From Thermoplasmata archaeon (GTDB lineage Archaea > Thermoplasmatota > Thermoplasmata > Lutacidiplasmatales > UBA184): a DNA stretch of 64,000 nt. Position numbers and translations under genes: made by a program. The stretch spans positions 2,286-66,285 of the forward strand of contig JAKIWQ010000004.1 of NCBI GenBank assembly GCA_022749935.1, in the 5' to 3' direction. The notes beneath the pieces are model-generated. The model had not been told where the DNA came from, did not search any database, and worked only from the letters and a program-made list of their open reading frames with translations. Shown in pieces: positions 18,518-26,223 of this stretch (position 1 is the first letter of the stretch; each line of letters begins with the position of its first letter).

Positions 18518-19276
18518 ATGTCGCTCTGGGAGGTCACGTTCCGCAATCAGTACGACAACCCCTTCCTGGAGCTTTCGGCCAAGCTTCCGGGCACCGCCCT
18601 CTCGATGTGGTGCATCTGGAATCGGGAGCTGCTCCAGGTCCCCACGCGGGACCCGGCCGTGCTGAAGGTCGTGGAACAGGCGATCCGCGACGCGGGCCAC
18701 GTGGTGGACGAATGGGTCGACGCCCGGGGCGGGCGGATCTTCCTGCTCGAGTGCACGTGCGGACGCCACCAGAGCATGTGGAACGTGTTCGACGACCACC
18801 AGTGCCTCACCAGCCCTCCCGCCGTGTTCCTGGACGGGTGGGCCTATCACCGGTTCCTCAGCTTCGACCCGGAGCGGACTCGGGTCCTGTTCAAGGCGCT
18901 GCGGAATCTCGGACCGACGGTCCTCCTCCAGAAGCGGGAGCTCCCCCTCCACGTGCTCCCGTCCAGCATCTGGGCGGGCTCGCTCTTCGGGGACTTGACG
19001 GGTCGCCAGGTCGACGCGATCCTCCGGGCCCATCGGGCGGGGTACTACTCGACCCCTCGTTCGGTCACGACCGAGGACCTGGCGCACGCCCAAGGTCTGA
19101 GCCGTTCCACCTTCGAGGAGCACCTGCGAAAGGCCGAGAACCGGCTCATCAACGCGCTCGTCCCCTACCTCGAGCTCTACGCCACCGCCGACCGGCCTCC
19201 CGAGAAGATGGCCTCGCGCGGGCTCCCCCTCGACGCGGCCATGCTCCCCGGCACCCGGGGCGTCGGGAAGACCTGA
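18518..19276 (+). CDS. HTH_10 (bacterio-opsin activator-type) family archaeal transcriptional regulator
   Basis: C-terminal HTH: TPRSVTTEDLAHAQGLSRSTFEEHLRKAENRLI. A TATA gatatatcg sits ~28 nt upstream of the ATG, so likely leaderless. Confidence 0.68.
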   Translation: MSLWEVTFRNQYDNPFLELSAKLPGTALSMWCIWNRELLQVPTRDPAVLKVVEQAIRDAGHVVDEWVDARGGRIFLLECTCGRHQSMWNVFDDHQCLTSPPAVFLDGWAYHRFLSFDPERTRVLFKALRNLGPTVLLQKRELPLHVLPSSIWAGSLFGDLTGRQVDAILRAHRAGYYSTPRSVTTEDLAHAQGLSRSTFEEHLRKAENRLINALVPYLELYATADRPPEKMASRGLPLDAAMLPGTRGVGKT

Positions 19277-19277
19277 T

Positions 19278-20456
19278 TCAGGACTTCTTCGGAGACGACC
19301 GGAAGGGCAGGGCCACGACTCGGGCGGGGACGTCCCGGCCCCGGATCGACACCGTCACGTCCGACCCCAGCACCGCGTGCTCCCGAGGGAGATAGGCGAG
19401 CGCGATCCCGTGGTGGAGGGAGGGGGAGAGTCCTCCGCTGGTGGTCTCCCCGAGCGCGGTCTCGCCGACCCGCACCGGGGTCCCATGGCGGGGGATCGCA
19501 TCTTCTTGTACCACCTCGAGGCCCACCAACCGCAGCGCCGGCCCCTCGGCCCGCTGTTTCTCGAGCGCCTCTCGACCGACGAACTCGTGACCGAAATCGA
19601 CGAACCGTTCCTGGCCGGCTTCGAGGGGGGTGTGGTCCCGGTGGAACTCCTGTCCCGAGAGAAGGAATCCCTGCTCGAGTCGGAGCATGTCCCGGGCCGC
19701 CAGACCGCAAGGCACCGCGCCCGCCGCGACGAGCCGCTCGGCCCACGCGTCCGCCTCTTCGGCCCGAAGGAGGACCTCGTACCCCAGCTCGCCCGTGTAC
19801 CCGGTGCGGCTGACGAGGAGGAACTCTCCGAGTCCTTCCGCGAGGGAGAGGCCGAGGCGTCCCCGGAGGTCCGGAGCGCCGGTCGCCCGGGGAAACCACG
19901 CGGTGTGGTAGTACGCGAGGCCGGAAAGGTCCCATCCGAGCGTGCGTTCCAACACCTCGCGCGATTGGGGACCCTGGACCGCGAGCAAGGCCGTCTTCGG
20001 GTTCCAGCGGACGATCTTCGTGTCGGGCAGGCGGTGCTGTCGGAGGATCTCCTCGACCTCGTCGGCCCGGGCCGCGTTCGGAACGGCCAGGTATTCCCGC
20101 GAGAGGTCGGTGCCGTCATCCAGCCGGGAGACGAGCAGGTCGTCCACGATCCCGCCGGCCGTCTCGAGGAGGAAGGTGTACCGGACCTGCCCCGGGGCGA
20201 GCTTCCCGACGTCCGCGGTCGTCCGTCGGCCCAGGAGCTCCGCCGCATGGCCTCCGGACAGCGAGAGGATCCCCATGTGGGAGACGTCGAACAGACCGAC
20301 CGACTGCCGAACCGCGTCGTGCTCGGCGAGGATGCTGGTGTAGTACAGAGGCATCTCCCATCCGGCGAACGGGACCGGGTGCGACCCGTGGCGGGCGTGA
20401 AACGCAGCCAGAGGGGTTTGGTGGAGCACGACGCGCGGAGTCGCGGCCGGGATCAC
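19278..20456 (-). CDS. gcvT: Glycine cleavage system T protein (aminomethyltransferase)
   Basis: Motifs FAGWEMPLYY, FDVSHMG, GYTGELGYE and MLRLEQG match GcvT. The GTG start overlaps the purP stop (GTGA). Confidence 0.9.
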   Translation of the reverse strand: MIPAATPRVVLHQTPLAAFHARHGSHPVPFAGWEMPLYYTSILAEHDAVRQSVGLFDVSHMGILSLSGGHAAELLGRRTTADVGKLAPGQVRYTFLLETAGGIVDDLLVSRLDDGTDLSREYLAVPNAARADEVEEILRQHRLPDTKIVRWNPKTALLAVQGPQSREVLERTLGWDLSGLAYYHTAWFPRATGAPDLRGRLGLSLAEGLGEFLLVSRTGYTGELGYEVLLRAEEADAWAERLVAAGAVPCGLAARDMLRLEQGFLLSGQEFHRDHTPLEAGQERFVDFGHEFVGREALEKQRAEGPALRLVGLEVVQEDAIPRHGTPVRVGETALGETTSGGLSPSLHHGIALAYLPREHAVLGSDVTVSIRGRDVPARVVALPFRSSPKKS

Positions 20457-21610
20457 GTCACGACCTCTGCCAGCCGACCGGTGTCGGCGGCCCTACGAAT
20501 TTCGAGCGCGATCCGTCGCCCGGTGCTCATCGGCCGGCGCCAGAGCGCGTTCCCGTACGGGTGACCCAGCCCGAGGTGCACGTTTGTCCCGCCCCCGATC
20601 CGGGCGGCCACGTCGAAGACGACCGGACGACCGGCGGCGTCGAGGCAGGTCTGCAAACAGAACGGCCCGAGGATCCCCGGGGGGTAGCGGCTCCGGGCCG
20701 CCTCCACGAACCGCTCGCCGAGCCGGAACACCTCCTCGAGGATCGATTCCCGGACCGTCAGGGTCCCGTGTCCGACCACCGTGAACTCGGGGATCCGATC
20801 GGTCTCGGGCAACTCCAGCTGCTGGGCCGCCGGCAACCGGACGAGTCCGTCCAGGTTGCTCTCACGTCGCTCGTCCACCCCGAGGAGTTCGAGCCCGTCC
20901 GCCCGCGGTACGAGCGGAGAGAAGAAGAAATTGAAGTTGAAGACGGGCCCGAGGACGTACCGCTCGATCCGCGCGTGTTGGAGGTCGTCTCGAGCGACCG
21001 TCCCTCGGGTCACCAACCGCTCGACCTTCGCATGGTACTCCGCCGGTGTGGCCGCGGTGAAGAACCCCCGCTCGAGTCGGCGGGTTGCGTGAGGGAGCTT
21101 CACGATCGCGAGCCCATCGATCGCCTCGGGTCCGGCGAGGGCGGCGGGCGTCGGGATGCCGGCCGACTGGAGGAGGGTGTAGTAGTTCTCGCGTTCCGTC
21201 CGTTCCTCGATCCGGAGCATGGACCGGCTCCCTACGATCGGGACTCGGAGGTCGCGCTCGATCGTGTCGAGCGAGAGGTACGAGCTCAGCGCCCGGTTCG
21301 GGATCAGCAGCGCCCCCCGGGCCCGGAGCCGCTCCTGGGACGCGGGAAGGGCGAGGTCGGAGAACTTGGGGTAGACCCAGACCTCGTCCACGCAGCCCCG
21401 CTGGCGGACGCCTGCGGAGTCGGATATCGTCCGAAAGTACCGTGCGTACGTCGCCTCCCGTCCGGACTCGGCGAGCACGAGACTCGAGAGCCCTTCCGTG
21501 ACGGCCCCGTCCGCAATGTCGATCGCCGAATGGGAACCGACGGTCGCCACGACCGGGGGCGTCGGGTACTGCTCGAGAAGGGCGCGGATCTCCTCGCGCG
21601 GGAGCCCCAT
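20453..21610 (-). CDS. purP: 5-formaminoimidazole-4-carboxamide ribonucleotide synthetase (archaeal PurP, ATP-grasp)
   Basis: N-terminus MGLPREEIRALLEQYPTPPVVATVGSHSA. The GREATYARYF region matches archaeal PurP. I preferred the ATG at 21610 over the upstream GTG at 21622. Confidence 0.78.
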   Translation of the reverse strand: MGLPREEIRALLEQYPTPPVVATVGSHSAIDIADGAVTEGLSSLVLAESGREATYARYFRTISDSAGVRQRGCVDEVWVYPKFSDLALPASQERLRARGALLIPNRALSSYLSLDTIERDLRVPIVGSRSMLRIEERTERENYYTLLQSAGIPTPAALAGPEAIDGLAIVKLPHATRRLERGFFTAATPAEYHAKVERLVTRGTVARDDLQHARIERYVLGPVFNFNFFFSPLVPRADGLELLGVDERRESNLDGLVRLPAAQQLELPETDRIPEFTVVGHGTLTVRESILEEVFRLGERFVEAARSRYPPGILGPFCLQTCLDAAGRPVVFDVAARIGGGTNVHLGLGHPYGNALWRRPMSTGRRIALEIRRAADTGRLAEVVT

Positions 21611-21624
21611 CGCGGGGGGCACCG

Positions 21625-23829
21625 TCAGAGGAGCTTAAGCGCTCGTGCCACGCGCTCGGCGGAGAGCGGCAACTCGGTCGCGTGCGCGCCGCACGCTTCC
21701 CGAACGGCGATCGCCACGGTCGCAGGGACGGGTACGATCGGCGGCTCCCCGAGCCCCTTGGCGCCGAAGGGACCCGCACCGGCAAACCCCTCTAGGAACT
21801 CGACCGTCATGGGTGGGATCTCGCCGAGCGTCGGGATCCGGTAGTCGAGCAGCCCGGCGTTCTCGAGTCGCCCGTCCTCGGACCAGATCGCCTCTTCGGT
21901 GAGCGCCGCACCGAGTCCCATCGCGACCCCACCCTCGACCTGAGCCTGGGCCGCCCCCGGGTCGACCACGACCCCCGCATCATGGAACGCAGCGTACCGC
22001 TCGACGCGCACCGCTCCGGTGGCGGGGTCGACCGAGACTTCGGCCACGTGGGCCCCTCCCGTGAAATCCGTATAGGCATAGAACGAGCCCTGGAGCACCC
22101 GACTTTCGTCGATTGCCCGGGGCGAGGCGAAGTGGCGACCCTCGGCGAGGATCCCGCCGGCAGTTCGTTCTTCGGCGGTCACGAGGGACCCGACCGAGGC
22201 CCGGTGCCCCCCGGCCTCCGCGAAGATCTCCCCGCGATCGACCGAAAGGTCGGCCTGCCCGCGCGCCCCGAGCCGCTCGGCGAGCGTACGTCGCAAGGCC
22301 ACCGCCGCTTCCTCGACCGCGTGCCCGAGGGCCCCGAGGGTCCGGCTGCCGAACACCCCCGAGTCGAACGGCGCCTTCGAGGTGTCGGAGTACTCGATCG
22401 CGACCCGCTCCCGGGGCAACCCGGTCACGCGGCACGCCACCGCGGTCAGGCCACCGAGGACGCTCCCACTCCCGATCTCTCGCGATCCCTCATGGACGAC
22501 CAGTCGGTCTCCCGACAACCGGAGTCGGACCTCACCGCCGGCACCCGTGCTCGTCGACCAGAACCCGCACGCCACGCCCACCCCGTGGCCGGGAGGGGAC
22601 TCGGCCCGCCACGCACGGGCGGTGGCCCGGGCCCGCTCGAACGCAGCGAAGATGCCGAACGGCCCGACCGGCTGTCCCAGGGGGGTCGTATCCCCCTCGC
22701 GCCAGAGGTGACTGGCGCGAAACTCCTCGGGATCGAGGTTCAGCTCGCGCGCGACGTGGTCGAGGTGCGACTCGACGGCGAACGCGCACTGGGGAGCGAA
22801 CGGGGCCCGGTGCGGTCCGAACGGCGGCTTGTGGGTCCGAACGGCGTACCCCTCAACCTCGAACGCCTCGGTCCGATACGGCCCGAGCAAGAATCCGATG
22901 GAGTACCCCGTAGCGAAATCCCGTCCCGGCAGCGAGGTCCCGACGTCGAGCAGCAGGCGCACGCGGCGCGCCCGGATCCGACCGTCCTTGACCGCGGTCT
23001 CCATCCGAATGACGGCCGGCAGCGTGGTCCGGCCCAGGCGGAACTCGTCCCGGTACCCCAACGCGAGCCGGACCGGCCGCCCCGTCGCGCGGGCGAGGAG
23101 GAGCGCGTACGGCTCGAGGAACGAACTCCCCTTCCCGCCGAACCCGCCCCCGACCCAGGTTCCGTCGACCACGATGGACGTCTCCGGGATCCCGAGGAGC
23201 GACGCGGTGTCCTCCCGAACGCCGAAGGGGCTCTGGGTGGAGGTTCGAACGTACCAGACGTCCCCACGGATCTCCGCGACGCAGGCGTGCGGTTCGAGCG
23301 CCACCTGGTGGACGCTCGCCGTACGGTAGGTCTCCCGCACGACGCGATCGGCGCCGCGGAACTCGGCCTCGACGTCCCCGTGGCGCGCCCGCACGTGGGC
23401 CGCGATCTCGGGGGCGGCGTCGGCCTCGGACCCGGGCCACTCCGGGAACCGGGTCTCGAGGTCGGCGACGATGGGGAGCGGGTCCACCTCGACGCGCACG
23501 AGCGCGACGGCGGCCCTCGCCTCGGCCTCGGAAGGCGCGGCGACCGCCGCGATCGGCTGGTTTCGGTAAACGATCTCCTCGTGCGGAAAGAGGGGACGCT
23601 CCGCATCTCTCTCCCCGGGCCCGAGGAGTCGCGCGAGGTCGTCCGCGCCGATCACCGTGACACCGGGAAGCGCCCGCGCAGCCCGCAGGTCGACCGAAAC
23701 GATCCTTCCGTGGGCGATCGGGGCCGGGACGAGGGCGGCCCAGAGCATTCCGGGGACATCGAGGTCCATCCCGTAGACGGCCGTCCCGGCGAGCTTGACA
23801 ACGGCGTCCGGCCGTACCGCGCCGCTCAC
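21625..23829 (-). CDS. Molybdopterin-binding large subunit of a xanthine dehydrogenase/CO dehydrogenase-family molybdenum hydroxylase
   Basis: GGGFGGKG motif. N-terminal Ald_Xan_dh region VKLAGTAVYGMDLDVPGMLWAALV. The GTG start overlaps the small-subunit stop (GTGA). No CODH-specific active-site loop was seen. Confidence 0.85.
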   Translation of the reverse strand: MSGAVRPDAVVKLAGTAVYGMDLDVPGMLWAALVPAPIAHGRIVSVDLRAARALPGVTVIGADDLARLLGPGERDAERPLFPHEEIVYRNQPIAAVAAPSEAEARAAVALVRVEVDPLPIVADLETRFPEWPGSEADAAPEIAAHVRARHGDVEAEFRGADRVVRETYRTASVHQVALEPHACVAEIRGDVWYVRTSTQSPFGVREDTASLLGIPETSIVVDGTWVGGGFGGKGSSFLEPYALLLARATGRPVRLALGYRDEFRLGRTTLPAVIRMETAVKDGRIRARRVRLLLDVGTSLPGRDFATGYSIGFLLGPYRTEAFEVEGYAVRTHKPPFGPHRAPFAPQCAFAVESHLDHVARELNLDPEEFRASHLWREGDTTPLGQPVGPFGIFAAFERARATARAWRAESPPGHGVGVACGFWSTSTGAGGEVRLRLSGDRLVVHEGSREIGSGSVLGGLTAVACRVTGLPRERVAIEYSDTSKAPFDSGVFGSRTLGALGHAVEEAAVALRRTLAERLGARGQADLSVDRGEIFAEAGGHRASVGSLVTAEERTAGGILAEGRHFASPRAIDESRVLQGSFYAYTDFTGGAHVAEVSVDPATGAVRVERYAAFHDAGVVVDPGAAQAQVEGGVAMGLGAALTEEAIWSEDGRLENAGLLDYRIPTLGEIPPMTVEFLEGFAGAGPFGAKGLGEPPIVPVPATVAIAVREACGAHATELPLSAERVARALKLL

Positions 23830-24302
23830 GGCCCCTCGGTTCGCAATTCGTCCACCGCTCGCACGATGGCCGCGTACCCGGTGCATCGGCACAGGTTTCC
23901 ACCGAGTCCATCGAGCAATTCCTCTCGAGCGGCCGCGGTGCCTCGTTCCTTCAAGAGTCCGGCGAGCGCCATCACGAACCCCGGGGTGCAGTACCCACAC
24001 TGGAGCGCACCGGCCCGGTCGAACGCGGCGCGCACCCGGGTCACCACGAGATCCTCGGGACCCGTCTCGATGGTCGTGAGCTTCGCTCCGTCGACCTCGT
24101 GGGTCAGGGTGAGGCACGACAGGGTCGTCCGATCGTCGACGAGGACCGTACACGCCCCACAGTCACCGGTCCGGCACCCTTCCTTCGTTCCCTTGAGGCC
24201 GAGCCGCCAACGCAAGGTGTCGAGGAGTCGCTCCGAGTCGGGGACATTGGCGAGGTGCTGGGGGTGCCCGTTCACCTGGAACCGGAGCGGAGGAGACGTC
24301 AT
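23826..24302 (-). CDS. [2Fe-2S] iron-sulfur small subunit of molybdenum hydroxylase (CoxS/XdhC-like)
   Basis: Two 2Fe-2S motifs: CRTGDCGACTVLV and CGYCTPGFVMA...CRCTGY. The ATG at 24302 overlaps the FAD-subunit stop (ATGA). Confidence 0.88.
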   Translation of the reverse strand: MTSPPLRFQVNGHPQHLANVPDSERLLDTLRWRLGLKGTKEGCRTGDCGACTVLVDDRTTLSCLTLTHEVDGAKLTTIETGPEDLVVTRVRAAFDRAGALQCGYCTPGFVMALAGLLKERGTAAAREELLDGLGGNLCRCTGYAAIVRAVDELRTEGP

Positions 24303-25168
24303 GCCGGGAATCGCCCCCCGTTCACGGCCGAGCCGACGGCCCGCTCGAGGAGCGTGGCGACGAGGTGTCGACGATACTCTTCCGAGGCCCTCCGGTCGGT
24401 CACGAAGGCGGCCCGTGAGGCCGCGATCTCCGACGCGCGACGAACCTCGCTCGAGGTCGGTCGGCCGGATCCGAGCACGTCGCTGGCCTCGGGCAGGAGC
24501 GTCGGCCGCGGCGTGACGCCGCCCACGGCGACCTTCCACCGTCGCTGAGCGGGAGAGAAGGCCACGGCGACCGCGACCTGGGAGATGTCGTTGGAGGGCC
24601 GAACGCGTTGCCAAAGGAACGCCGAAGGGCGAGCCTCAGGGAGGTAGACCGAGCGCACGAGTTCGCCGGGACGGAGGTCGGTCCGGCGGGAAGCCTGTAC
24701 GAACCGGTCCACCGGGACCCGCCGGTCCCCACTGGGACCGACGAGGTCGACTTCGGCGTCGAGGGAGAGGAGGACCGGGACCAGGTCGGAGGCCGGCGCC
24801 GATCGAACGAGGTTCCCCCCGAGGGTCGCACGGTGACGCAGCGCGACGCTGCCGACCGCTCGCACCGCCTGGTAGAGGCCGGGGTACGAGACCCGCACCT
24901 GCGGGTCCTCCTCGAGGGAGCGGAGCGGCAGGGTGCTCCCCACGGTGAGCGCACCCGCATTCCAATCCAGGGTCTTCCACGGCAGGCGACGGAGCGAGAT
25001 GACCCGCCGAGGGGCGACGCGCCCTTCGTCGACGTCGATCAGGAGGTCCGTGCCCCCGGCGATCGGAGCCGCCTCTCCCGGTGCGAGCGCCTGGAGGGCG
25101 GCGACGGCCTCCTCCGCCGTCTCTGGAACGACGAGCTCGAAGGAGTTCACGGTCGCCCATCTCGGCAC
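24299..25168 (-). CDS. FAD-binding medium subunit of molybdenum hydroxylase (CoxM/XdhB-like)
   Basis: The segment AGGTDLLIDV...LGGNL is FAD_binding_5-like. It is the first gene of the three-gene operon. Confidence 0.8.
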   Translation of the reverse strand: MPRWATVNSFELVVPETAEEAVAALQALAPGEAAPIAGGTDLLIDVDEGRVAPRRVISLRRLPWKTLDWNAGALTVGSTLPLRSLEEDPQVRVSYPGLYQAVRAVGSVALRHRATLGGNLVRSAPASDLVPVLLSLDAEVDLVGPSGDRRVPVDRFVQASRRTDLRPGELVRSVYLPEARPSAFLWQRVRPSNDISQVAVAVAFSPAQRRWKVAVGGVTPRPTLLPEASDVLGSGRPTSSEVRRASEIAASRAAFVTDRRASEEYRRHLVATLLERAVGSAVNGGRFPA

Positions 25169-25250
25169 GGCCGCTTATCGTTTCGCGCGTCGAACCCGGC
25201 GCCAAGCCCCGGCCTTATTATCCGATGAGTGGCTGGGGCACCCACCCGGC

Positions 25251-25757
25251 ATGCCATTCGAAATCGCATTACGTTACAGCACCCCGCTGACCCCGATCCA
25301 CGACTTGGACGAGGTCCTGCGAGAGTTCCTCCGGCTCGTGGGGTACCTCCCCGAAGGCGAGGAGGGGCGGGGGGCGGAGGGCCCCGTCGCCCAGAGCCTG
25401 GCCTACCGCCTCGTGCGAGAGTGCTTTCTGCGCGACCCGTCGCGCGCGTGGTATATCGAGGAGCTGACCGCGGTGCTCAGGACGTCCAAGCCGACCATCT
25501 ACCGGCACATCAACAAGCTAAAGGCGCTCGACCTCCTCGAAGAGGTCGGAGGCGTCGCCGATGGCAAGGGGAGGAAGGGGTACCGGCTCCGGTACGGCAA
25601 CCTCGCCCGCGCCTGGGATTTTACCGAGGCGAACGCCCAGAACGCGCTGCGTCGCTACCGAGAAACGGTGAATCACTTGCAGGGTCTGATCGAGACGAAG
25701 GCTGCCGAGACTCCCCCGCCGAAGATCGCCGTACGGGAACGGGGAGGCGGACGATGA
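25251..25757 (+). CDS. Winged-helix transcriptional regulator (putative), divergent from the Mo-hydroxylase operon
   Basis: HTH segment LTAVLRTSKPTIYRHINKLKALDLLEEV. A TATA-like ggccttattatcc sits ~28 nt upstream of the ATG. Confidence 0.55.
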   Translation: MPFEIALRYSTPLTPIHDLDEVLREFLRLVGYLPEGEEGRGAEGPVAQSLAYRLVRECFLRDPSRAWYIEELTAVLRTSKPTIYRHINKLKALDLLEEVGGVADGKGRKGYRLRYGNLARAWDFTEANAQNALRRYRETVNHLQGLIETKAAETPPPKIAVRERGGGR

Positions 25758-26056
25758 GCGACACCGGGACCGCGAAGAAACCGGCCATCGCGCTGACGCC
25801 GGGCTCCCACGTCCGGGTCCGCTCGGCGGGACCGGACGACCAGGCGATCGACTCGGTCGGCCGGTTCCGGGGCCTCGTCTCGATCGGCGGCGACAACACG
25901 CTCGCGATCGAGCTCGACGGCGGCGAGGGCGAGGAGAAGGGACGGATCCGTCTCGTCCCCGTCCCCGCGCTGCTCGCGGTGGACATCCTCGAAGCGGCCA
26001 AGCCCGAAGAGGAGAAGCGGAACGACTCGAGCCAGGCGGCCGCGTACTTCCGGTAG
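25754..26056 (+). CDS. Small hypothetical protein (100 aa), translationally coupled (ATGA) to the wHTH regulator
   Basis: Its ATG overlaps the stop of the preceding gene. Acidic C-terminus. No recognised motif. Confidence 0.4.
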   Translation: MSDTGTAKKPAIALTPGSHVRVRSAGPDDQAIDSVGRFRGLVSIGGDNTLAIELDGGEGEEKGRIRLVPVPALLAVDILEAAKPEEEKRNDSSQAAAYFR

Positions 26057-26066
26057 GGCGCCGGAG

Positions 26067-26167
26067 CGGGCTTGCTGGGAGTTTCGTCGCCGGGGTCGCC
26101 GGCGAATTCGAACCCAGGTCGTTGGCTTCGAAGGCCAACAGGATAGTCCAGACTACCCCACAAGCCC
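26067..26167 (-). tRNA. tRNA-Arg (anticodon TCG) with a putative ~26-nt non-canonical intron in the T-arm
   Basis: On the minus strand the sequence runs 5-prime GGGCTTG ... anticodon stem-loop TTGGC-CTTCGAA-GCCAA ... T-stem CTGGG, T-loop TTCGAAT, then a 26-nt insert TCGCCGGCGACCCCGGCGACGAAACT, then CCCAG-CAAGCCC-G. Acceptor pairing is perfect only if the insert is spliced out. The D-arm register is ambiguous by one nucleotide. Confidence 0.55.
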
Positions 26168-26223
26168 GCGGCCCGTCCACGGGAGGAGGGCTATTTGGAC
26201 GTTCCGCGGCGCGGCCCCGGCCG

